A DNA stretch of 64,000 nt, taken from Octopus sinensis. Lineage: Eukaryota. The DNA lies in contig NC_042999.1 in the NCBI RefSeq assembly GCF_006345805.1, positions 170,128,001-170,192,000 of the forward strand, written 5' to 3'. Both the position numbers and the translations under genes were made by a program. The notes below the pieces were generated by a model, which saw nothing but the letters and a program-made list of their open reading frames with translations, ran no database searches and was not told where the DNA came from. Shown piece after piece: positions 12,791-27,325 of the stretch; the stretch's first letter is position 1; the number at the start of each line of letters is the position of its first letter.

Positions 12791-14989
12791 AAATATATTG
12801 GGGTGGGAGAAGATATCTAGTATTTCCTTCTGCTTATTTTATAATTTTAAGTTGTTTTAGTTGTAGAAAATGAATCCTTTGAACTCTTTAATATCAAGAA
12901 ATAAATATGTATTAGTTTGAAACCATTCAATTGAAGAACGGATCTGTGTCAGTTTCATTCACAACCCTCCACCTCTTGTGCATCTATAGCATTACAATTA
13001 AATACTGAAACATCTTTTATATTTACACATTTAAACTGGATGGTTTTTGACTCCCTTAAGTGTAGCCCTTTTGGAAGAAAGCTATAATCTTTGTTGAATA
13101 CATAATATTTCTAATGTTCTTAAAATTCTTTTAAAAAAAAGTAATTAAAAAGTTAGTTTAAATTTGTATTTCTAACTTAAATATTTATAATTACATTTTT
13201 ACAATAAATAAAATTACATTATCTCACATATTCTTAATAACATTTTCTTTATTGCACCCTTATTAAATTATTCTGAATTTAATATGGTTTTTAAATGAGA
13301 AAAGTAGCCCCAATGAGTATCGAGAATTGAAATAACAAACAAAGCAATTTTAATCAAATGCCTAATTAATGAACAGACTAGCGGGACCTATTTACAAGCT
13401 ATACATTTTAAATTCCTGATTTGCCAATGAAACTTCCTCATAAAACAGTTACTTAATTTGTCTTTGTGTAGAACTTTATATATATATATCATTGTTCATC
13501 GTTTAACATCTGCTTTCCATGCTAGCATGGGTTGAATGATTTTGACTGAGAACTGGCGAACCAGATGGCTGCACCAGGCTCCAATCTTGATCTGGCAGAG
13601 TTTCTACAGCTGGATGCTCTTCCTAACGCCAACCACTCCAAGTGTGTAGTGGGTGCTTTTTACGTGCCACCGGCACGGGAGCCAGACAGGCGGTACTGGC
13701 AATGATCTCGCTCGAATCTTTTTACACATGCCAGTGAAGCACATATACACACACACACACACACACAGCAATACCTCGATATACAAGTTAATTTGTTCCT
13801 GGAGAGCACTCATAAAGCAGAGTAAAAATTTCCCATAGTAGCAATGTTACCAATTTGTTCCCAGAAAAATATTTTACCTATAAAATCTATAATACTCATA
13901 AATAAATAGTAATAAAACAATAGAATGTACAGGATATTTAATGTAAAGTAAAAAGAATGTCAAGATTATTTATAAAAAAAAATATCATCATTATAATCAT
14001 TTTCTGAATCATCTTCACTTGCGCTAGACTTGTGTGCACCGTCATTTGTAGACGCGATCACCAATTCACAAGCACTCATAGACGGACTTGTAGATTTCTT
14101 TTTAACAAAACTAGACTAGAGTTGTTTGCTTAGAGGAAGTTTTTTTTTGCTCTCTATAAATGTCTTGGTAATATGCTGAAGCATTTGTTATGGTAGCAGA
14201 AACTTTTGCACCTCATTCAAAATTTGGACCTTGTGCTTGAAAAATACAACTTGTAAACCCAGGGTCTTATAAAGCAAGTCCTCATCAGGTGAAGTATTAC
14301 TGTGTATATACATATATACACGCACACATACATCAAGTTAAACGCTGATGATGATACATCACCATCATTTAATATCCGTTTTCTATGCTGGTATGGACTG
14401 GATAGTTTGACAGGAGCTGGCAAGCCAGAGGATTGTACCATGCTGGTTTCTATGGCAGGATGCCTTTCCTAATGCCAACCACTATACACAGTGTTCTAGG
14501 TACTTTCTATGTGGCACCAGTACTGGTGAGGTCACCAAGTAACTTGCAAGACAAATGGGGAGCAGCATGGATGGAAGTGGCTTCCAGTTTCACTAAGGTG
14601 GACAGATATTCTGTAGAACTTCATCTCAGACCATTGCCACCTCCTCCACGAGGCTCAACATCTTCAGATCAGCTCTCGCTACTTCATCCCATGTCACCCT
14701 CTTCTGCAGGTTCCATCAACTTTAAACCCTTTAGCATTTAAACTGGCCATATCTGGCCAAAATATTCTATCTGTTCAAACTGTCCAAGAACTAGCCTCTC
14801 ACACCTACCCTACAATGTCATTCTAAAAATATACAATCACATCATTGCAATATCAAAGTTACAAGATAATGTATGATTAATTAAAAAGAATGTGAATGAT
14901 TAAGCATTACATTTGACAGGGTAACCTGAATGCTAACGAGTTAAGCAATCGGTACTCATTTATACATGTGTCTTTATCCATACACATCA

Positions 14990-16400
14990 CATGGTCAAAT
15001 CATTAAAGTCTCCTGTCTTGCAGGTTACATCTGATTCAGCTTAGGCTTAACTTTTCTCTCAACACATCTGCACTTTGTCGTACAAGTACATTGATGTTGA
15101 ACATTCATTGGAGCATACTAGCTTCATTCCTCTCCAGTCTTCACACACCCTCTGCATTCAGAGCCCAAGTCTCACTACCATGGAGTATAGCCATTCATAC
15201 ACAGGCATCATACAATCTGCCTTTCACTCTTTCTGTGAGAGAGGTCTTTTGTTGTGAACTTTATCCGTCCTTTTCCGATTCTAGCAATTATACTTTCAGA
15301 ACATTCTCCTCCTCTTCTAATCTGGTCAGGTAACAGAAACAACCTTTCGGGTGCTTTCTGACCATTTGAAAACATCTAATTCTTGCTTGTCCTCAATGTT
15401 TATTATTCTTGAGCATCTGCCACATATGAAGACAACTTTCTTTGTTAAACTACCTGTGATTCCATTGCACCCTCTTAAGTGTCCATAGCTTGCACTGGGT
15501 ACACCAAATGGAATTCTTTCAAATACCTTTCCTACATACTGAGCAGGGCCATTTACTTGACAGGAAGAGAGACTTATCTGCTTTCTTGTTTATTACAACT
15601 TTGTATTTTTCTAGGTTAACTTTACTGCCCTTTGATTCCAAATCTGGAATTTGATTTTCATTTGTTACATATTCCACAATAAAAGTGAGATCATCAACAT
15701 ATAGTGGTTCCCATGCGATAAATAGGAGGGAACCGAGAACCAAGCTCTGGTGAACTTCTACTTGTACACTAAATTCAACACTGTATTCATGGTTGATTCT
15801 CACTTTATTGACAGAACCCTTAGACATGGATTGCACAGCTCTAACAAGCCATTTGTCTACTCCTAACTTCCTTAGAAACCACCAGAAAACAAAGCAAAGG
15901 ACTCTGTCAAAAGCTTTTCCAAATCAACAAGTGCCAACTACAATGGTTTACTTTTAGCTAGATACTTCTGCAACTGCCTCACAAGGAAGAGTGCATCTAG
16001 AATACTGCTCCCCAGCACAAAACCAAAGGACTCATCTAGTCTAATTTTGTTCGTAATCAATCAGCTTATAATTCTCTCTCTCTCTTACTCTCATTGCCTG
16101 GTCCAGCAGTTTCATATTTCTGTTTCTATCTGAGGTATCTCCTTTATCCTTGCAGCAGCTGACCATATAGCTGCTACACCAGTCATTGGGTGTAACACCT
16201 TCTTGTTTCACCTGATTGATTATATGGGAGCAGAAGATCTGCAGTTGTATGCATAGACCCAGGTAAGGATTTTCTGAAGACTTGCAGCTGCTCATGCACG
16301 CAAGCCTCTCCTCTACATGCTATTGATAATGTTCTCAGGAAAGGCTGCCATGTCAGGGCTGACAATAGTTAGGCAATGGGTTGGAATATATACCACCATG
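14990..16400 (-). mobile_element. Decayed RTE LINE (RT region)
   Basis: ORF 15519..15836 has EVHQSLVLGSLLF..WEPLYVDDL..KVNLEK. Flanking broken frames give KLLDQAMRV (about 16100) and LHGSE-like segments. Confidence 0.75.
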
Positions 16401-16927
16401 GATCTCATATAATGCTACAACACTACCCACGACTGTTACCTTTTTATTGGCTTCAAAAGACAGAAAGGCAAAGTTAACCATGGCACGGTTTGAACATAGA
16501 ATGCTGAATATTGAAACAAATACTGTGAGGCATTCTATTGAAAACACTAATGACTCCACCAATTCACTGCTTTAAAATTACATGTAAAATTATTTACTAT
16601 TTAAATTCATTAATTGTTCTACAGAAAAGCATTAGTTATATCCCAATATCAGATTATACCAGTGCACCAGAACCTTTTTTCACTTATATTCTGTTCAATA
16701 TTCGGCAGCACATCTGAACTAAAAATATAACTAAAAGTATAGGGGAAGAAAATTAGATTCAAGTTACACTGTGGCGCACCAAGCGTTGTCTTGTGTTACA
16801 CCAGTGTGCCATGACATACCGGATGTAGAGCACTGGACTATACAAACACATGCAAATAGAAGGGATGAAAAAAATGAACAAATACTTTGTATTATTTCAT
16901 GTAAAATATGAAAATATGTGTACTTAC

Positions 16928-17142
16928 AAGGAATAAGATCACCATTCGAGGTAGATATGTCATGCTCTGTATGGTTGGAAGCATTCAATTTGGTATAATT
17001 CATTAGTTCGCGAATTTTGTGTTGGCACAAACGTCTGTTATCATGGAAAAACACCTTGCCTCGCTTTATAACCAGATTCTTTTCTACATCTTTAGAAAAT
17101 AGCTCTTCAATGTTTTCATTATCTCTGAGGTAGAGAGCATAT
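16928..17142 (-). CDS. InR: Insulin-receptor-like exon: L2 C-terminal part
   Basis: 215 nt, ttttcag|A...T|gtaagt, phase 2 to 1. Encodes YALYLRDNENIEELFSKDVEKNLVIKRGKVFFHDNRRLCQHKIRELMNYTKLNASNHTEHDISTSNGDLIP(C). Confidence 0.94.
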
Positions 17143-18064
17143 CTGAAAATGAGAATAGATCATATAATCCTCTCAGTAGGGACCAGCAAAACCTCAAACA
17201 CAATGGTAAAACATCATCTTGATTTAGTTGGTTAGTATCATCGATTAGAAGAACAATTAAACAACCTCTGAGCCCATAAAATCAATCACTGCTGACAAAT
17301 TGAGGGATTATGCTAACACATAAATATCAAAGTAGTGATGACTGAAACCTACAGAAAAATATCAGGCCAGATATAAACTATAGACAATTTGAATTGACGG
17401 GAAAAATATAAAGAAAGAAATCCCACGAGATCCTTGACAAATGGTGAAAAACTATTGTCCAAACTACATCACCAGGAGAAAAAGAAAAAACAAAAAACAT
17501 ATGAAATTGCAGTTGTCTTTGCTATCATCATCTTCACTAACATCATCCACTTTTTCATGCTGGTACAAGTTAGATGAGATTTCTTAAAGTATTATTCGGC
17601 AGCTGGATACCTTCCCAGTCACCAAGCTGTACCTGTTTATTAAGGTATTTTTTTTATTGCATTGATCTTCACACATCAAAACTGCTGAGCTAAAGGACAT
17701 ATTGTTCACAGAAGTATCACTGTCACCTACATAGTGTTGATGCAAGGATATGTGGGAGGGAAAAAGAAAAAAAACATTCACGCACATGTACATACACATA
17801 TATGTACAACAGGCTTCTGTGCAATATCTGTCTAAGTATTTCACTGACACGGCATTGGTCAGTTTGAGGCTACAATGAAAGAAATAAGCCCAAGGTGCCA
17901 TACAATAGGATGGAACCAGAAATCACATGATTATGGAACAATGTTCATGGCCAAAGCTGCATCTAATGATAATAGTAAAATATCCTGTCTTCTGAATAAA
18001 AAATAATGATAAAATTTCTTCTTACAAGTTTAAAAAGGAAAATCAAAGCAGAAACTTTATCTAC

Positions 18065-18212
18065 CTATCATCTTCCAGTTTCTTGCCGTGTATAACCTTC
18101 AGGCTTTTGAAAGATGACAAAGATACTAAACCATCTGACCTGGTAATTTTTATGAAATTGTGAACTTCTTCAATTTGCCCAAGATTTGCTTCCAGTTCTT
18201 GAGCAAGAACAC
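18065..18212 (-). CDS. InR: Insulin-receptor-like exon: L2 middle
   Basis: 148 nt, ttttcag|GT...AG|gtagat, phase 1 to 2. Encodes (G)[48 protein letters not shown](R); compare human LAAELEANLGLIEEI. Confidence 0.94.
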
Positions 18213-18673
18213 CTGAAAATAATAAAGGAAAAAATAATAAGAGTTTAAAAAACAAAGAAGTTTATGGTTATATTGCATACGTTTCACTATTTCAGTTATT
18301 TGGAACTCAGCATTGGATGTTCAAAGTGTATTTGGATGCCTAGTAGCAGTGAATCATCAAGGGGAGGGAGAGGTTTAGCCCAGCATGTATAAAGAAAATG
18401 AAGGAGAAATAGGTCACATCTTTTAGCATATGGATTCATAATCTTCTTTTCTATTGGCTGAGATAAGGAAAGACTGCCAAAAGTGCAATAATTTGATTAA
18501 CAGGAACCAGTGTTAATTACAATTCTAGTTGAACTCCAGCTCTGTAGACATACATTTTCTATCTTTTATTTATAAAATTGAGCCAGGGCTGGACTAAATA
18601 AAAATTGCCACTGTCCATATCCAGCCTCAGGGCTGTATGTTTGATACCACTGATATGAAAGAAAAAAAATTAC

Positions 18674-18769
18674 CATTAAGATGTTGTAAAATCAATTCTC
18701 CTGTTATTTCAGTACAATCTTTTAGACTTTGGATAGATGAGATACTCTTCACTTCTTTGGCAGGACATT
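18674..18769 (-). CDS. InR: Insulin-receptor-like exon: L2 start
   Basis: 96 nt, tctgtag|AA...G|gtaatt, phase 1 to 1. Encodes (K)CPAKEVKSISSIQSLKDCTEITGELILQHLN(G). Confidence 0.9.
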
Positions 18770-20121
18770 CTACAGAGAAAAAGAATAGAAATCATGAAAT
18801 TTCATCAGTAACAATCTTGTAGTTTAATATAAAGTACTTTTTAGAGTATGTTACAGTTTGAAGAAGGTAATATTTCCTTTAATCCTTTGAACATACACAG
18901 CTCAATAGCCAGATCGGTTTTTCATGGAGGATTACAAACAAATGATATTGCTTTTATATGAACAATAAGGTTGTTTACAGTAAGCATACAAATATCAAGA
19001 CAAGGAGACACAAACGTACGTACACACACACACACACACACACACGTACAACAGGCTTTTGGCATTTCCCATCTTCTGAATTCACTCACAGGGTTTTAAC
19101 CCAAAGGTTTGTTTAAGACACCACACTCAAAGTGCTTTGCATTGGGAGTGAACCCTAAACCAAGTGACTGAGAAGCAAAATTCTTAACAATCCAGCCTAT
19201 CTTTTCCTTGTATATTAAAAACTGAGAAAGATCTAGAAGTTAATTGCTTATCATACAATTCAGCAATGTAAGACAAGAGTTATTATTTTACTCAAATTGT
19301 AAATGTTGTAGACTTCTATAAACTGAAATATGCTCAAATCCAAGCCTTTTTAAGGATTGAATTTCTCATTTGAAGAATAAATTATAGAGGAGTTAGCAGA
19401 AACAAACTCTTGTAAAAGAATTCTTAATACTGTTTGTCATCGCCATTACCTCTTCAATACAGGTAAGTGCATTGATAAAATACTAAGTACAGTATCAGGA
19501 AACTTAAGAATGATATAGTTCTACATTTACAAGAATCTGAGAGATTGAAAGAATTGAAGAATATCTTAAACAATTGCTTTGAGAATCTGGAATAGAGGAA
19601 CAGAGAGAAAAAGACAGAAACGATACTATGAAAATGAAAAATGTGCAAACAAGGGATTTTTGTTTGCCAGGGTATATAGACCAAATAATCTTTTCTGCTA
19701 AATGCACAAGGCCTGAAATTTTCGGGGAGGGGACTAGATGATTACATCAACCCCAGTGTTTCATTAGTACTTAATTCATCGACCCTGAAAGGATGGAGGG
19801 CAAAGTTGACCTTGGCAGAATTTGAACTCAGAACCTAAAGACGGACAAAATGCTGCAAAGCATTTTGCCCTTAGTGTCAACAATTATGCCAGCTCGCCAC
19901 CTAAAACAGACCAAATAATAAACGAGAGTCTGTGAAGTGTGATGCTGCATAACTCAGACGGTGATGACCTCCCCAAACTAAGCTAGCACGGAGAAGTGGG
20001 TGTAAAATGATGATGATGATGAAGATGATAGTGATGAAAGTTGCTGCAATTCATTCAACACAAAATAAATCATTTTCAAAGATTTTATGGTAAGAAAAAA
20101 GAAGTCAAATTAAAAACTAAC

Positions 20122-20305
20122 TTTTTGGACATCTGGCTTTGCACTTCAGGCACCTATTTGGATCATCTGGGTTTTCAATATATCCGACAGGGCAATGTTC
20201 GGTACAAAGGGCTGTCCTGTTAGTAGTCATGTTAGCTTCCAATAACTTGAAATTATATGCAACCGATCTACATTCTCTTTCAGTGAGGCAGCGGCGGTTT
20301 TTGAA
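20122..20305 (-). CDS. InR: Insulin-receptor-like exon: furin-like Cys-rich region, part 2
   Basis: 184 nt, gttttag|TTC...A|gttagt, phase 0 to 1. Encodes FKNRRCLTERECRSVAYNFKLLEANMTTNRTALCTEHCPVGYIENPDDPNRCLKCKARCPK. Confidence 0.93.
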
Positions 20306-22232
20306 CTAAAACAAAACAGTTCAGAAAATTAGTGACAAATATCTTTACACAAACAAAGCAAAATTACATTATTTATGGATAAGTAACTTATATAGTAAAG
20401 AAATTTTAAATTTTATCAGGGATTTTGTACCAAGTAGAAAAACGAGTATGTTTACAAAATTGAAAACAAGAGGATAAAGAAGAGAATATTTGAAATAGTT
20501 TGGAAAGAAACCAAGAGTGTTGTTGAAGAGACCCACTAATACGGTACTGTTATTAAGATCTAAAATATTTGCATCAGTAATTGGGTTTTTTTTTTTTACA
20601 TCTTTTATTCAGTAGGAAAGGCAGTACTTATAGCCTTTTACAGGGCTCTCATGACTAGTGGAAGTTAGAGAGGATGGTATCCTTAGATATGGAACTTGGT
20701 CATAATGTTTGCAACAGAGCAAATTTCTCTAAACACTCAATGTGCCAGGTGGTGGCAGTGGTGGTGTTACAACCAGGTGATTAAGTTTATTGCCCAAGTA
20801 GACCATGGTGGGATTTGAACTCAGAGCACATACCACACACAGTCCAACGTTTTCACACATCTGTTAATCTCCTATTATAATTGGTATATTATTTTTATTA
20901 GCCTCCAAAGAATGAAAAGTATAGCTGACTTTGGCAGAATTTGATTTCAGAGAGCTGGCTCCACCTAGTGAATCCAGTGCATCACAAAGAGAATCTGACT
21001 GTGCTCTGCAATCAGCTCCTCACATTATAAAAATTCTAAGAATATCCTTAATTACTGTGGTAGCAGGAATACATAATTGCTATTTGCAATGCTAGTTCAG
21101 TTATAGAGATTTATTTAAAATAAAACACACACAATTTGTTTAATAGTTTAGTCAGAGTCTCCAAAGCTGGTAGGGAAAAGGAAAGTAACCAAATCTGGCC
21201 CCAAAACTTGAAAGAGTGAACTCCACTGAAAACACGCATAGAGCTCAATGCAGAGGTTAAACCAGGTGAAAAGATCAATTACAAACCATCTAACAGGACT
21301 TTGCACTGTTTCTATCAACTCAATTTCACTCATAAGGCCTATATTTCACTATCTACCCCCCCCCCCCACACACACACACATTTCTAGTTAGCTTTTTAAT
21401 GCTTCTTGTATAATATTTTATCACAAGCTTAACTATTGTTTTTTTTATCATATGAAAAGCAACTATGAGTACCTATTCTCTAAAATATATTATAAGAGAT
21501 GAGGATTGCACTTTCGTTCCCTTTCCAGCTGAATGTCTATGCTGGTACTTCAATAGCAAATATATTAACTTGTTTTTACCCTCATTTGGATGGAGGTGCA
21601 AACATCTACACCAACCAGTTAAGACTCCACCACTTAGTTTCTCAGTACCTTTGATAAATTTCAATATGTCGCATACATTCGGTACCAGGTCTCAAGTTCT
21701 TTTCCCAACCCTATTTTCACTGCAGATGTTTTAGTTCAGAAATCAGCCAGTTGCAACAATTGGAACAAGCTAAGAGGTCTTACAAAGGTAACAAGCACTG
21801 TTCTTAGACATAAATGCATGGTTAAGTGGTTCCCTCGCCTACAGTGTGATACCTTGGGCAAGTGCTTTCTACTATAGCCCCAGGAGGACTAATGCTTTTT
21901 GAGTGAATTTAGTAGATAAAAACTGGGAAGTCTGTTGCGTGTATGCACATACACTTGTGCCGGTGCACATAGATATTTTGATATTCCATGGTACTACTAA
22001 ATGCTCTTGTTAACTTTATGACTGGTTGCATTTCTTAAGATTGTGAAATTAAAAAAAATCAAACCATTACTTGAAAAACTGCTGAAAGGTTTGCAATAGT
22101 AAGAGCCTCCAGCCATAAAAATCCTGCCTCAAATCAACGCCTGAACAAGCCATGCTAACATGGCAAAACAAATTTAAAAAAAAGACTTTCATTCTAAACA
22201 TTGTCTGAAATTCATGAAATTACATCAATCAC

Positions 22233-23784
22233 ACCAGGTTAGGAGCCCCTACAAAGGTCACAAGCATTATACCAGGTTAGGAGCCCCTACAAAGGTCACA
22301 AGCATTATACCAGGTTAGAAGCACCTACAAAGGTCACAAGCATTATACCAGGTTAGGAGCCCCTACAAAGGTCACAAGCATTATACCAGGTTAGGAGCCC
22401 CTACAAAGGTCACAAGCATTATACCAGGTTAGGAGCCCCTACAAAGGTCACAAGCATTATACCAGGTTAGGAGCACCTACAAAGGTCACAAGCATTATAC
22501 CAGGTTAGGAGCCCCAACAAAGGTCACAAGCATTATACCAGGTTAGGAGCACCTACAAAGGTCACAAGCATTATACCAGGTTAGGAGCCCCAACAAAGGT
22601 CACAAGCATTATACCAGGTTAGGAGCCCCTACAAAGTCACAAGCATTATACCAGGTTAGGAGCCCCTACAAAGGTCACAAGCATTATACCAGGTTAGGAG
22701 CCCCTACAAAGGTCACAAGCATTATACCAGGTTAGGAGCCCCTACAAAGGTCACAAGCATTATACCAGGTTAGGAGCCCCTACAAAGGTCACAAGCATTA
22801 TACCAGGTTAGGAGCCCCTACAAAGGTCACAAGCATTATACCAGGTTAGGAGCCCCTACAAAGTCACAAGCATTATACCAGGTTAGGAGCCCCAACAAAG
22901 GTCACAAGCATTATACCAGGTTAGGAGCCCCTACAAAGGTCACAAGCATTATACCAGGTTAGGAGCCCCAACAAAGGTCACAAGCATTATACCAGGTTAG
23001 GAGCCCCTACAAAGTCACAAGCATTATACCAGGTTAGGAGCCCCTACAAAGGTCACAAGCATTATACCAGGTTAGGAGCACCTACAAAGGTCACAAGCAT
23101 TATACCAGGTTAGGAGCCCCAACAAAGGTCACAAGCATTATACCAGGTTAGGAGCCCCTACAAAGGTCACAAGCATTATACCAGGTTAGGAGCCCCTACA
23201 AAGTCACAAGCATTATACCAGGTTAGGAGCACCTACAAAGGTCACAAGCATTATACCAGGTTAGGAGCCCCTACAAAGGTCACAAGCATTATACCAGGTT
23301 AGGAGCCCCAACAAAGGTCACAAGCATTATACCAGGTTAGGAGCCCCTACAAAGGTCACAAGCATTATACCAGGTTAGGAGCACCTACAAAGGTCACAAG
23401 CATTATACCAGGTTAGGAGCCCCTACAAAGGTCACAAGCATTATACCAAGTTAGGAGCCCCAACAAAGGTCACAAGCATTATACCAGGTTAGGAGCCCCT
23501 ACAAAGGTCACAAGCATTATACCAGGTTAGGAGCACCTACAAAGGTCAGAAGCATTATACCAGGTTAGGAGCCCCTACAAAGGTCACAAGCATTATACCA
23601 GGTTAGGAGCCCCAACAAAGGTCACAAGCATTATACCAGGTTAGGAGCCCCTACAAAGGTCACAAGCATTATACCAGGTTAGGAGCCCCTACAAAGGTCA
23701 CAAGCATTATACCAGGTTAGGAGCCCCTACAAAGGTCACAAGCATTATACCAGGTTAGGAGCCCCTACAAAGGTCACAAGCATT
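22233..23784. repeat. 38-bp minisatellite, about 41 copies
   Basis: Unit accaggttaggagcccctacaaaggtcacaagcattat, with recurring variants (gcacct, ccccaac, a 1-nt deletion aaagtcac) and no spacers. Confidence 0.97.
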
Positions 23785-23956
23785 GTCCTTCACCCAACAA
23801 TTACTTATAATTCTAACCCCACCCCATTAATCAGTTTGATGAATGAGTCAAGATTTTGTTATTGACATAAGAAAATATTTTGTTATAGCTGGGTTTTTTT
23901 GAATAAAAAAATTCAAACATACACATATGCAATTGATACAGATGTGTGTGTAAGCA

Positions 23957-24034
<78 letters not shown>

Positions 24035-24184
24035 GAGTGCAACTGATATATATATATAAAACCTACAGAGTTAAACATTTTTAATGAAAGAAAATGAAAA
24101 TGCAAGAATGAACGATTCAGTTACAAAGTATTCAAACAGAGATGCTGAAATCTGAGCAAAACAAAAGGAAATCGTATTGCAAAC

Positions 24185-24351
24185 CTTGTAGGTGTTTGGT
24201 GGGCAGGTTCTCTTACACTCCTTGTCATGATAAACATGCCTGCAAGCAAGGCAGTCTCTAGCTGTTGGTCCTCTACAGCCACCAAGGCAATTTTCATGAC
24301 AGCAAGAACCATTCTGCTGGCAATAGCCTTTTCCATTTTCACAAAGGCAAT
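24185..24351 (-). CDS. InR: Insulin-receptor-like exon: furin-like Cys-rich region, part 1
   Basis: 167 nt, atttcag|AT...AAG|gtttgc, phase 1 to 0. Encodes (D)CLCENGKGYCQQNGSCCHENCLGGCRGPTARDCLACRHVYHDKECKRTCPPNTYK, in a different frame from the ORF-track call. Confidence 0.94.
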
Positions 24352-24629
24352 CTGAAATGAAAGAAATTCAATGGTACCTATTAAGAAGCTATTTAAATTG
24401 AAGTTCAGACGAAGAGTAAATGTGGATGTAATAATGTTTTAAAACAAATATCAACAACAAAGTCATTGCCCCCAATATTTTGTAGAAGTTGGTTATTTCT
24501 TGATTTGTATCAAAAGCTAACCCCAGATTCTGTCTCAGAAATATTTCTTTAACTGTATAGTTAATAAAGGCTTGTTTTTGTTAACATTTAAAACAACCTT
24601 GACATTACACACACACACACACACACACA

Positions 24630-24669
<40 letters not shown>

Positions 24670-24989
24670 GTGATAAAAAAATATATATTATTCAGATTTA
24701 AAGTAGTGCGTATTTAAATAGTTCTTTTTCTTTTTATTTACAAAAAAAAGTTTAGGAAACTTTATTTTTCTTTACAAAACTGCAAATAAATTGCTTTTAC
24801 TTTAAAAAGGCAAGTGGTGACAATAGATGCTCAGTAACAATGGAAAAAAGATACAAAGAAACTATCCATGATGATGAGAAAATGAATTGTTTTCACAAAA
24901 ATGTATTTAATATGACAGTAATGCTAGAAATGCTTGTTGTTTAAAAAAGAAAATGTGAGCAATGAAAAGACAATATATAGTAAACTTGG

Positions 24990-25020
<31 letters not shown>

Positions 25021-25618
25021 AGAGAGAGGGAAGAATAAGATTCACTGGAGTTAAGAAGCAACTAGTTGGATGGAGAAGTCTAAGCTGTTACTAGAGAAAA
25101 GTTTAAGTGCTCTGAACATTTGACAAGAATAGATGATTAAGTTTTCCTATAAAAATAGCAATAACAACTTTTAGTTAGATATTTGGAGTCTACGCAGGAG
25201 ATAGATAGAGTGAGGTGGGGGAGAATAATAAATAAATGGATTTATAGTTGGTTCGAATGGTCTTTAAAAAAAAGAGAAAAAGATCATCATAAAATTGACA
25301 TAAAAAAAAAAGAGTGTTTAGCAGAGAATTCCTAGAGAACTGAGAAAGTGCAAAAAGGAAAGAAAAAGAAAACAATGAAGATATAATGGTTGAACAACGT
25401 ATAGTAGAAATATAGAAAAATCTAGGCAAGTAGAATGGTTGACTACTGCGTAAAGTGTTAAAGTATGAAAGGTATTGCTGCCAGAAAGTAAGTTGCATGC
25501 AGTGGAATGCAGAAGCTGGTAGACACTGCAAATTGTTGAAGTAGATCATGTAACTTAACATCCTATAACAGCAACATCACAACATCTTCTGCTACATCTA
25601 TTTAATATATATGCTCTT

Positions 25619-25656
<38 letters not shown>

Positions 25657-27325
25657 AGGGAGGAAAATTTGCAACTGAACAAAAAAAAAACATGCAGTGA
25701 AAAAAATCATCTATGTAAAGATAATTAAAAACAAAAAAAAGACTAATTATTATGAATATTTTGTGTTTACAAAAGAGGTAAGGAGGAGGAGACAAAGCAG
25801 TGAAAAAGTGAATTTTAAGTATTTCTAGTTTTATAGTTTTAATGATATGAAGCATTTAGCCATTTCATGACCAATTTTATAGTGAAAAAAAACAAAAAAA
25901 ATCTGCCTATGGTGTTGCAACTAGTGTCAAAAATAATCAAAAACTTGGAAGGAATTTGGTAAAATAACTAACTTGTCTAAAAAAAAATACCCCCACCACC
26001 TTACTGGTCCGAAGAGAAAAAAAAAACAAATTAAAATGAAGTTGGGGTATTGAACATAACAAAATAAAAGGAACCTAAATGAAATAATGATGTAAGGTTT
26101 TGATTTAAATTATGGAACAAAGTTTAACATTGTAGAACCAGATCTAATCCTCTGGTTAGTTGAATCAAAAGGATTAAACAGTGAAATCTACAAAGAAAAA
26201 TAAATATTTGTAACCAATTAAAAATAACTTACTCAGAAAGGTAGGGCTTTTGACCACCACCAGATCTCATCAATTTGTGATTTCCTTAATTTGCAACTTT
26301 TATTTGTAAACATTTTCAATAAAATTTGCTGCTATAATTATTGAGTTTTGAATGATTTATCTTTTTGTCAGAAGAGCCCCAGAACTTGTAGTGGAGAGGA
26401 TAGAAGGTATTCTTGAACTGGGGACTTGACCTCAATGCTTACTACAAAGTGGATTCCAGTAAAGGAGCCCAAACTGCCAGGTGGTGATGACAGATTAGAT
26501 TCACCAACCAAGTAGGCCACAGAGGAATTTCAAATCAGAACACAGAGCAAAGCATCTAGATCCCAGTTCAATGCTCTTACAGTTCTGTCAGTACCGTCTG
26601 AATTGGTAGATTTCTATTAGTCCCATGAGAATGAAAGGCAAGGTTGACATTCGCAAAATTTGAACTCAAGCAATGAATCCATAGCATCACAAAAGGAAGC
26701 TGGTCAAGCTCTATAGTTAGCTTCTCAAACTGGAGAGCTAGCCTGGATGCTTGCAACAGAATAGACTCCACTAAAAGTACCCAATGCGAGGTGCTGGTGA
26801 TAGATTAAATTTACCACCCAAGTAGACCAGAGCAGGATCTGAAATCAGAATGAAAAGAGCTGGGGAAAAATGCAGTAGGGCATTAAGTCCAGTGTTCTGT
26901 CAGTCCACTGCCCTGGATTGGTATTTTTGTTATCAATCCAAAAAGAATGAAAAGCAAAGTTGACCATAGCAGGATCTAAACTCAGAACAGAAAATTGGAA
27001 CAAATAAAAGACAAGAAACTCTAAGTAACATCTCAAAAGTGCTACAAATCTGTCAAATATATTTACAGGCAAATTGAGTGAACAAGAATCTTCTCATAGC
27101 ATCTGGTCTAAACCTACATTTCATGAACTTATTGGGAGTCACATTCAGTCAGTGAACTTTCCAACATCAATTATAGTAGTTTGAAATGCTTAACGAATTT
27201 AAAGATTTTATCTCTAATTTAGTTATAATTGGTAGTAATGATGAAATGCATTTGAGTTGAATGTAATACGAGCAATTTAAGCTGAGAAAGACCCAGTAAA
27301 CACACTACTTGGTCCTTGGATGCTG

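Noticed and set aside
13990-14100. Acidic peptide VIASTNDGAHKSSASEDDSENDY on the minus strand
   Set aside because: Short with no splice or family support; possibly a DNA-transposon relic but not assignable.
22233-23784. CRISPR-like array
   Set aside because: Units are contiguous with no unique spacers, there are no cas genes, and the context is a eukaryotic intron.
24121-24342. ORF-track protein MKMEKAIASR...
   Set aside because: Wrong frame; the real exon is the Cys-rich frame defined by the splice sites.
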